Source: Octopus sinensis
Lineage: Eukaryota
Direction: 5' to 3'
NCBI RefSeq assembly: GCF_006345805.1
Contig: NC_043003.1
Coordinates: 75,268,001-75,332,000, forward strand
DNA: 64,000 nucleotides
Numbering within the stretch: the first letter of the stretch is position 1; every line of letters starts with the position of its first letter. This document shows positions 53,665 to 64,000 of the stretch, piece after piece. A model generated the notes under the pieces. That model saw only the letters and a program-made list of their open reading frames with translations, had not been told where the DNA came from and made no database searches. A program made the position numbers and the translations under genes.

Positions 53665-54052
53665 TCACTTTTACTTGTTTCAGTCATTTGACTGCGGCCA
53701 TGCTGGAGTACCGCCTTTAATCAAGCAACTCGGCACCGGGACTTATTCTTTTGTAAGCGCAGTACTTATTCTACCGGTCTCTTTTGCCGAACCGCTAAGT
53801 AACGGGGACATAAACACACCAGCATCGGTTGTCAAACAATGATAGGGGACAAACACAGACACACAAACACACACACGCACATATATACATATAGTAATAC
53901 AACGGGCTTCTTTCAGTTTCCGTCTACCAAATCCACTCACAAGGCTTTGGTAGGCCCGAGTCTATAGTAGAAGTCACTTGCCCAAGGTGCCATGCAGTGG
54001 GACTGAACCCGGAACCATGTGGTTGGTAAACAAGCTACTTACAACATAGCCA
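53665..54052 (-). mobile_element. Family-1 CORE-type SINE, well conserved
   Basis: Reverse complement of the copy at 36215; head GTGGCTATGTTGTAAGTAGCTTG...GGTTCAGTCCC. Confidence 0.92.
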
Positions 54053-55279
54053 CTTTTGTTGAACAAATATTCCTTTTAAAATTTCGAGACGTTTTCAAAC
54101 ACTTCAATGATATTAGCCGAGGGAGTTAATCTCAGAGAGAGGGAATGAAGAGAATAGTGTTGATGTTGGGAAAGATGAGGGGAGAGAAACTATTAGTATG
54201 AATTCGATGTGTTGTGTTTGTACTGCATCACACAATACTGCGTTACAAGAAAATACATCATCGACATAAACAATAACACCAATAGAAATGTGAACTCCAA
54301 CACTGAGGTCTGAGACAACAACCCACAGTGAAGGTGAAAAAGAAGACTACTTAAAAGAGTTAGAATGTCAACAATAAAAAATGATGTCAAGACCGACCGG
54401 AACAACAACGAAATGACCAAACAAACATTTATTTTCAATGGAGATTTGCTTTCTCTACCGAAGATGGTAAAGAAAAAATCTTCACATCGACTCCACCTTC
54501 ACTACCACAACACAAATCAATATCACCCAGCTCTGCATATGTTGCAGTCACTTCTATCGCTGTTCCAAATACAAACAAGGTTCATGAAAAATTAGATGTA
54601 GCGTAAAAAATACAAATTGCAAAAGGTAAAAAGCACGACGTTCAACTGCGTAAAATAAAAGAAAAAAAAACTTACATTGGTGTACAGCGGAAAGGGAATA
54701 AATTGGCTACACATTCCACTGCAAACTCTGCAGCAGATAGAGAAATAAACAAATCTGAAAGCCTTCTCATTCAAAAGAACGATAGCTGCTCCTCAAGCGC
54801 ACAATATGGACAATGAACCACCACTATCTCAAATACACATACAATTGTATGAATAAAAACACCTAAAAGATAAAAGAACATTTCAAACACTATCTCAATC
54901 TAAATCACAGAAAATAGAACAGTGATGAGAGCAACAGCAGCAAAAGCAAGGCATGGAAACTTCACCATGGTACGAAACTGCGAAGTCGAATTAACGGAGA
55001 AGGTTACAAATAACAATGTCATTGTTATGAATGGGCTTGCTTTTAGGAGCTCCTCTCCAACACTCTTCAAAGCTGAATATGAATACATATGGATTCACAG
55101 GTATAGAAAGAATTAATTGGAAACTTTATATTTTACGTCGGCTTGTTACAAAAGCCAACGATTTTAAAGGAATCAGATTCAAAACACAAAAATGTTTATA
55201 TTATATGACTTCTTCGAGGGTCAAGAGGACAAAATATTCATCATTAGTTAGGTCTTTTCTTTTTCTTCGACGTACATGT

Positions 55280-55460
55280 ATATAATATCAGCATGGTGGA
55301 TAGGTTTCCACGCCCTTGGATCAGCTTGGAAGCTTAATGATTTTAAATCGACTCACATAGTTGTGATTGCCATTTGTGATACTAGAATCCGTCATATTGG
55401 CGCCTATTTGCAACGGCTAACATTTATTCTCATTCGGTAGTCTGCCAGTGTTATTCTAGA
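55280..55460 (+). mobile_element. Tx1/L1-like APE endonuclease N-terminal remnant
   Basis: LNDFKSTHIVVIAICDTRI resembles the LINE APE 'D.IA..ET' motif. Confidence 0.4.
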
Positions 55461-56609
55461 AACTCTTAAATGCCAAAGATACCTTTATTTGATTTGTGAC
55501 TGTTTTGACTGTAAATATTTTGTCAAGTATTTGCGATATCGCGTCGGTAAATTAATGAACGTATATAAGAACATACACACCACAAAGTGAATATAGATAT
55601 GCAATGTCCTCTTCCTACCTATACACACTAATGGAAAATATAGATGTTGTTTAGGGTTCTCTGAATTAGATGTGAAAACCATCACGACTGTAATATATTT
55701 CACCGTATATGTGTTGCTACAAATCTAAATTACTAGAATAAACAAAAAGTATACACTACACAGAGCGACATATAAGAGGAAGTGTGTTGCTTCTGTGTTC
55801 GTTTCTAACATTTTCCAATATTATTCAGCAATTTTCTATAAACCTATAAACGAAATACATATATTTATAGACCTATTGGCTACTGTTCGTTTTAAGATAT
55901 TTTTAGATCGACAGCAACAGAAAATTTGTGGTTCACTCGTACGAAAGTTTGAATACTTTTGACGAAAAATATGAGGTGATATAATTATGGATAATAAAAT
56001 TTGCTTGGCTCAGTGTATTTTTAAGGAGGCAAAGAAAATGTAAATTTTCTGGGCTTACAACTTCACTGTCAGCATCCCCATTAATGTAGAAAGTAGAACA
56101 TCGCAATTATATGTTACTGTTTAAAAACTACAGAGAAATTATTGGAAGATCTCTATATAAACAGTCTTGGGTGTATGTGTGTGTGTGTGTTTGTGTGTGT
56201 GTGCGTGTGTGTGTGTGTATGTGTGTGTGTGTGTGTAAGTACCAGATATTTCTTTCCTTTCATTCGTGATAACTATGGAGATAATAATCTGAAAAAAGAG
56301 AAGCTGAAGCTGAAAATATGTGGATTCCTATCAGAGCGTGCTTTTGTATATATGAGGATTAAATGTTGCCATTTTCTCGATTGATTTCGAGATAAATAAG
56401 TAGGCTTAATGGCGACTTTATACTGGCTTCAGAATTTTCAGAGAAACATTAACTCTGATGTGACGATTCTTATCTGTAAACAAGCATCTTTATAGCTTGA
56501 TATCCACAACTTCACGGATAACTATATAAACTTCAAGAACTTGCAAAACTTTTCGGACTTTTTAACAAACGTGTAATAATTTAATCAGGTATTTCAGCGA
56601 AAATTATAT

Positions 56610-57150
56610 TACATATATATAAATATATATATATATACAGAGAGAGACAGAGAGGAATAAATATATAGAGAGAAACATAAGTAGATAGACAGATATATAG
56701 ACAGATAGATAGATAAACAGATAGATAGACAGAGAGATAGATGAGAGATAGAGAGATAGAGAACAGAGAGAGAGTGATGCTTACAAACATACATATATAG
56801 CTGCATAGATACATATTTACATACATACATACACACATACATACATAGATACATACATACATATGTGCAAACATACATACACACATACATTTATACTTAT
56901 GCTGACATACATTCAGAGTGAGACACAAAGAGGGAAATGCTTACACACATACATACAAGCATACATACATATATGCAAACATACATATACTTACATACGT
57001 ACATACATATATGCAAACATATATTCTTACATACGTATATACATACATATATACAAACATACATATACTTATATACGTACATACATACATATATGCAAAC
57101 ATACATATACTCACATATGTACATACATACATAAATACATGCATACATAT
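56610..57150. repeat. (GATA/GA)n and (ACAT)n tract containing a ~38-bp minisatellite (56945-57130)
   Basis: Unit resembling ACATACATATATGCAAACATACATATACTTACATACGT, repeated about 4-5 times. Confidence 0.85.
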
Positions 57151-57450
57151 ATAGTTCTGGTTACATACATTGAGGAATGTAAAAATATATTATAATATTT
57201 AACTCGAAGCGACTTTTGTAACTATTCCTTTTTGCAACTTTTATCAGTAAGATATTCTAAAATCATGTTTACTTAGATTATTATGGAAAAGAAAATCCTA
57301 ATGTAGAAGTTTCCATGAAGTAAATATCATAAACCACAAATTATTATATAAATGGGCGACGTGGGCTGACACTAATTTTATGGCAGGAATTTGTAAAGAT
57401 ATCAAACGCTCTAAATTTTATACTCTTCTTGATAATTCGATGCCAATCTA

Positions 57451-57509
<59 letters not shown>

Positions 57510-57710
57510 CTATCTAGCACTTCTCTCTCTCTATGTACATGTATATATGTGTGTGTATACATATGTATATATACAAAGAGAGGGAGAGAGACAGACCCAG
57601 AGAAAGACAGAGTGTGTGAGAGATAGACAGAGATCAAGAGATAATGCTGTAGATGAACATCTATATGCATAAATGATTATACCTATATATATATATTTAT
57701 ATACATATAT

Positions 57711-57755
<45 letters not shown>

Positions 57756-58049
57756 TGTGTGTGTATTGATATATATACATGCATATATGTGTGTGTGCAT
57801 CTATATGTGTTTGCGAGTGTGTATATATATGCGTGCTTGTGTTTGGGTTCATGTATGCATGATATCGTAATTTTTAAAATCATTCTTTCCACTATTTAAA
57901 GCTGTCTTAACGATGGAAGGCAGAACTACAATATCGCTAGGTTCTTACGCGTAGTTGATAACCATGTGTGTCCGTTTATCTACTAAACGCTTCTTTTGTG
58001 TTCGCATTTCTACTTTTCCTTGTCTGCCTTATTATGTGCGACATTATAA

Positions 58050-58390
58050 AAAATATGCGGAAGTGGCTCTCCGTAGGATTCGACGACGAGGGTTCCAGCT
58101 GCTCCGATCAACAGAGCAGCCTGCTCGTGAAATTAACGTGCAAGTTCTCGAGGAGATTCAGCGTGACAGAGTATGTAACAAGGTTAGCCCTTTGAAATAC
58201 TGGTACAGCAGAAACAGGAAGAAAAAGTGAGAGAACGTTGTAGTGAAAGAACACAGAAGATTTCACCACCACCCCCTGCCGGGGCCTCGTGATGTTTCGG
58301 ATGTCTTCGCTCAATAAACATTCAAAACACCCGGTCTCGGACTCGTGATCCTGTGACCGCGCGTCCACTGCCCTAACTATTGGGCCATTT
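58050..58390 (-). mobile_element. tRNA-derived SINE family 4 (Ceph-SINE-like)
   Basis: Minus-strand head TGGCCCAATAGTTAGGGCAG...GAGTCCGAGACC. The body 'ccgatcaac...gcctgctcgtgaaattaacgtgcaag' resembles the conserved cephalopod SINE domain (from memory). Confidence 0.7.
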
Positions 58391-58467
58391 TGTGTCCACG
58401 GCTCCTCCTATAATAATATCTCTCTCTTTCCCCCCTCTCTCTCTCTATATATATATATATATACATA

Positions 58468-58802
58468 GGTGTATGGAAAAACGATTATTTTCCAACCACA
58501 TATCTTTGCGTTCAGTCCCACTGCGTGGCACCTTGGTCAAGTGTCTTCTGCTATGGCCTCGGGCCTACCAAAGCTTTCGTTGAGGATTTGGTAGACGGAA
58601 ACTGTTGAAAGAAGCCCATCGCATATTTATATGTATCTGTGTGTGTGTGTGTGTGCGCGCGCGCGCGTGTGTCTGTGTGTGTGTGTTGTGTGTGTGCGTG
58701 TATGTCTGTCTTTGCCTGTCACCTTGACAACAGTTGTTGCTATATTTACGTCTCCGTAACCTAGCAGATCGGCAATTGAGATCGATAGACTAAGGCTTAC
58801 AA
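58468..58802 (+). mobile_element. Family-1 SINE, diverged
   Basis: 'gttcagtcccactgcgtggcaccttggtcaagtgtcttctgctat...ggatttggtagacggaaactg'. Confidence 0.85.
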
Positions 58803-60899
58803 TGTATATATTCTGACGTCTATTTGTAAAATAAAAGAAAAAAAGAAGACACACAGACACACACACAATTCACAGGGCAAAATGTTTCCTCTGCTTTCTT
58901 GTTGAAGAATATAGTTCTTTATTTTATTACGTTATTGTGAAGTTAGGATGAAAATTGTCTGTCAGTTCCAAATGTTCGAATTCCACATTCTTCGATGTTC
59001 AGCCATATCTATCAATAAAATATAATATATTAGATATCATTCAGGAACTCCTCGAAATGCCTGTTTATACGGTTTTGAATGCTTGAACCTATTAAGTATA
59101 GGTGTGCCCTCTGAGTATGTCTAGTAATTAAACATTCGTATGCCTGCTAAGCAAAATTTTGGATAACTATGAACCAGACGCGTAGGCTGTCATGAGCTCA
59201 TGACCATGTGTACCCAATGAACGTATGTCTGCAATTATTTAAGAATATATGTATATTAGTGCGAGGCTGTGAGTGTATGTGGTTTTAACTGCAATAACGA
59301 AGTGTGAATGTGTGTTCTTAATTCATGATTTTTACATCAAACCATGACAAAAATGTTCGAAATAGAGAGAGAAAGAAAATAGATTCCATGCTTGCAAGCA
59401 TTTCAGGGAACGTATCCTTGAGATTGATGTGTATTTGTCTTCCGTGCGCAAGCTCTTTCAAAGTGTTTCGTTGAGATTAAAATTGTGTTATGAGTGCATG
59501 GATGTTTGCAAGGTATATAAATTCAGCAACTTCTATTGAGTGTGAACATAACACTTTCTATGTATCATTTTGCCATTCCTAGAAAAATTATACGAATAGT
59601 ATTAATCGTAACCCTATTCAAGTGAATGTGTATACTGGTGGTTTTTTTGGATCATTGTGTCTATTTTCTATGAATCTGTGTGAAGGGTTTATCTAACGTG
59701 CTTATATTGATAGAGTGTGTACGTATCTGGGTATATAGAATCGTCCTTTAACGTTCGTGTGTGTATGATTGTGCATAATTGTTCACAGTGTATGTAAGCA
59801 CGCTATTTAAGTGTGTGTATATGAGCTGTGGAAGATTTATTGTACTGTGAATATGCTTTAAGTAACGGTTGCACTGAAGTGTTATGTTTGTCTATGCATG
59901 CCATTAATGTAATTGTGTATATGCAGTATAACATTGTTTATGAATATTTCTTGAATGTGAGTCGTTTCGTGTTTTGTGTGTGAATGTGTATGTGCATGAA
60001 TATACAGCTGCTATGCATGCGATAAACTTGAGGGAGTGAAATGTGTATGATAATCCATCCATTAGAGACTTAAGGCTTGGTTACAGGACAAATTTTTGTT
60101 TTTAATTTATGAAGAAATCGAAAATACAAGGAGGCACTACACTACCGTAAAAAGGTATGACGATCTAGGTTACAGTGGTTTGAAACCCAGAAATCCCGCG
60201 AGTTAGTTTTGCATCGTTACTAAGACGGATGTGAAGATATATCAGTAAAAAGATGAGACAGGCATCATCAAGTAATATCTTTTCTTTTCTTCTTCATCCA
60301 CGATGGCATTGTACTTTTTTTTCGGATATATTGTTTATTTTTGGATATATTTCTAATATACTTCTTGTCATTCTCAGAAACTATCGCCTGATTGCATAGA
60401 CAAAGTAAGCTTTATGCTTGGCTATATCCATACATACACATGCATATATATATAATTGGTAGGGAGATAGGTAGGCCTATGTAAAATTACGCCAGGCACG
60501 CAATGGCGTGATTTGGGATAATGAAGATAAAGATTGCATAGTGAATGTCTTGCATGATAAATTCGTTTTTTTTAAAGTGTTCTGTGCGCGAGCAGGAAAT
60601 CTACAAGTTAGTATTAATGGTTTCGTTGCACAGAAGCGGATATGGGTTTTAAAATATAAAAAAAAACATTTGATTTACTTTATAATCTAAAAAAAGACAG
60701 TTTGATATTAATTTCCAGCCAAATTCGTATACGAGTACATATTTCGTTTTTGTATTTAGTTTGCACGATTCTCGATGTAAGCTACTGTGTTGGAATAGAT
60801 TTGGTTGTATCACGCGTGGGTCAACACGTGATTAATACATGCACGTCCGGCTTCCATTTCACATCTTTTTCTATTGTTGTTGTTATTTAGTTTTCGTTT

Positions 60900-63385
60900 C
60901 ATTTCCATTTTATTTGATTTCCGGCCGGGTCTCAACCAGAGACCAAAGGCACGTAAATATTTGATGGAGGGAAACTTTCTGTGTAGGAGAGCGGTGTAGG
61001 CGAGACATGGCAACGAAGCCATAGTTCAGTCTTTGACAAATCAGTATGGGCATGCACTGCGCTGTTACAAGCAAAGGTACTCCACCTTCTAGCAGCACTT
61101 TGTCCATCTCTTCAGGTAATGTAATAGGACTCAGAAAATTATGGATTTATTACCTACCACGACAGCCTGCCGCCACTCCCAGCGTTTTGATAGGCTAATA
61201 ACAGCAACAAATATCCAAGAAGTATAAAGTTTATCCGCAAGAGTGTTAGGCTTGTATTGGCGATAAATCGTGAACCGAGATGTGTTAATTTTGCTGTGAA
61301 AGGCCACCAATAGAAGGAATATTATAGACAATTTCCGGTGCATAATCCTGCTAAATGCAAAGTTCAAAAACTGTTGGCCAAATTTATGACAAAGAGGTTG
61401 GTGCATGTTGTGAATAGTTTAGTTGGTGAAGCTCAATCGTTTGCGATCCCCATTGGATCCATCCTCGACAACCTCCACCTCATGCGTTACATCATACAAA
61501 GAATGTCTTACAAGTATGGAATCAGTGGAGCTCTGATCAATGTAGATCAGTCCAAAGCATTCAAAGAAGGTCGACATTCGTTACAAAGCAGCAATTCTAT
61601 AAGCAACAGGTTTCGAACCCACTTTCAGTAGCTAGATAGCAGCAATCCATACCGTTGTTTTCTCTGTTGTTAGAGTTAAATGTCATCTCTTAGAACCATC
61701 TACTAACTCGCACTCGATCCGTTAAAGTATCCTCTTTCATCTCTTCAGGCGTTAGAGCCTTTGCTGCTGAAGCTAAGACATTTTGAGAGGTATTCCTTTC
61801 CAATTAGGATGCAGGAGAGCTGTGTTGGCTTACGCAGATGACATCACGTTTACAGTGTCAAAGTACAGAGGATCATATAGTGGACACCATTGTTAAGGGA
61901 TACGACCTGATAGCAGGAGCTAAGATAAACCTAAACACGTCGGTAGATCAATGGTTTCGCAACTGGACAAATAAGGCTATGCTAACAAATAGCATTGTAG
62001 GCCAATCAGCATTCGGTCCAGTTAAATTGATAGGTGTCTGGTTTGGCACAGACCTCCAGTTGTGAAAGACATTACAAACAGGGTGGCCAGAATCACTCAG
62101 AAAATGCCTGAGAAGAAATTATCTCTGAAAGATCGAGCATAGCTGGCAAATGTGCATATCCCATCTTTAATAATATAATAAGCATTGTATCTTGCTCCAG
62201 TCCATGTAGAGTCTAACTGGAGCGTTTTCTTTTCCCTTAATTCGGGAAAGGTTGCTTCCCACTAATCGGGCGTTCCAACTATTGTCTACGCTCTCTTGAT
62301 GATGGGGATTTCATGATATGTTTGTTAATGCGCAGACACGCGCAATTATTACGCCAATTACAGATCTTCCTGGACGGTGAGCCAGCGGCGTCTCCGTTAA
62401 AAAGACATGCTTTTCCACAGCTCATTTCTTTGACTGAGCTTTAGTCTTGGGCAAAACAAAAACCAAAATTAGGTGTCTCATGTCAGAAATGTCGTCAGGC
62501 AGGTGCTTACTGTTATCTACCACTCGATCTACACCGTTGGTGGAAATTTTACCTTGGCAATATATAAAAAAAATGTAGTGATGAGTTTCCCGGAGAGGCT
62601 CAGAGTGTTGACGATGATCAGTTGCCGGCCTGTTTTGCAATACTTACGCGCCAGGTACTACTGTGGATAATTTTCAGAAATCTATGGTATTGCAGCGCTA
62701 CTGAGAAGCACTGCCAATTCGAGATAAATACTATAAGCACGGAAGCTATGTCTGGCGGAATTATCTGAGTGATGAAACCGTCCTGCATGCATTCGTGCAA
62801 TACCCAATTATTGTTGAATTGTGGAGTAATGTGGAAAAACTGTAATCAAGTGTTGGACGAAACTGAATGCCGTCCAAATCCATCATAAATATCTCCCCCT
62901 ACCCACATTTAACAAATCAGGGCAGATGGTGTGGTGGACTAGGCTGAGAATATTAAGGAAATATACTTTTCTCTTTTGTCAAGTTCTCATCGACTTTTTA
63001 AAGTTTTGTGTGGATAGGAAACTATGGGTGGGCAGGAAATTTCTACCTGCCGGTGAATATGTGAAGAGATGGGAAATTGTGTCAAAATGGTTTGAGTGAG
63101 TGGTCCTGCTCTACGTATCCTGCCGTGGGTTGAATAGTTGGAAGGTAGTCTCAAAGCTATTGTGGTCAGGGTATGTGGGTTTCCTTGTTAGTTCTATTTG
63201 GTGTTGCTTATGTATCAGGAAGATCGCGTCATTCATGTTATCATATACTTTGTATATTGTATATGCAGTTCATCGCATTTCACTCTCCTTTTCATTGTTT
63301 CTCCCTATCTTATTTGTACATTTTTTTATGAACTGTTTACTATTCTTGGGATCTGTATCTCCTTTATGCCACTGTGGATACTAAA
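60900..63385 (+). mobile_element. Tx1/L1-like LINE remnant (RT to 3' UTR)
   Basis: LLAKFMTKRL...EAQSFAIP..SILDNLHLMRYII...ALINVDQSKAF, then AYADDIT (61828-61848), GAKIN and LIGVWFG; ends in an AT-rich tail. Confidence 0.85.
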
Positions 63386-63387
63386 AT

Positions 63388-63425
63388 AATTTATTATTAT
63401 TATTATTATAATTATTATTATTATA

Positions 63426-63523
<98 letters not shown>

Positions 63524-63582
63524 GTTGTTGTTGTTGTTGCTGCTGTTGTCGTTGCCGTTGTTGTTTTTGTTGTTGTTATTAT
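63388..63582. repeat. (TTA)n-(TTG)n microsatellite
   Basis: Seen directly. Confidence 0.95.
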
Positions 63583-63599
63583 TTACTTTTTATCTGTAT

Positions 63600-64000
63600 G
63601 TTTGTTACTATCACTCGACGTGACATATCCAGCGTGCTGGGGTGAATGAAGGAGAAGAGATGTTACAAAATGACTGAAAGCTTGAGGAGGCGAAGTTGTA
63701 GAGGCAGTAGTGAAATATCTTCATGTAATGCAATACAGACATTTAGATGGATAGGGTCATTCTAAGAAGGTGGGCAGTACTTATCATCACAATCTTTTAG
63801 ATTTCTCTGAGACATGTTTCTCCTTGGATATTATCTAGGTACTTCTAACATCCCCTTTTATCATACCTAAGGCAACTACAATAACAGGAACAGTTTTCAC
63901 ATAGATATACCACATCTTTCGAATTTCAATTTCCAGGGCCTAATATTTTCTTAATTTGTCAAATTCCTTTACAGATATATTTTCATCAGTGGGAACTATT
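63600..64000 (-). mobile_element. R4/Dong-like LINE 3' end (continues beyond the window)
   Basis: Minus strand reads VPTDENISVKEFDKLRKY*ALEIEIRKMW..VKTVPVIVVALGMIK, similar to 53145-53550. Confidence 0.85.

Noticed and set aside
56945-57130. Regularly spaced repeats suggestive of a CRISPR array
   Set aside because: Low-complexity tandem minisatellite with no unique spacers, no cas genes and a eukaryotic context.

Overview
AT-rich, microsatellite-dense eukaryotic DNA with no recognisable host gene or intact ORF. The SINE families look like those I recognise from octopod (Octopus-like) genomes; this assignment is inference. The window is mostly decayed transposons: a rearranged Mag-like Gypsy LTR element with a nested 8-bp-TSD MITE that carries telomere-like repeats, a TIR-bounded Chapaev3-type DNA transposon, maT and Tc1 remnants, a Penelope remnant, a stack of R4/Dong-like RLE LINEs separated by (TAA)n tracts, CR1-like and Tx1-like LINE remnants, and many tRNA-derived SINEs. 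The most notable signal is a tRNA-headed SINE whose tail carries a minimal type I hammerhead-ribozyme motif, present as a head-to-head inverted pair at 36.7-37.3 kb. Two other hammerhead-like motifs occur nearby, which suggests a Pol III-driven, Penelope-mobilised retrozyme-like system. Most ORFs in the supplied track are microsatellite artefacts. All alignments were done by eye, and boundaries are approximate unless a TIR or TSD is quoted.
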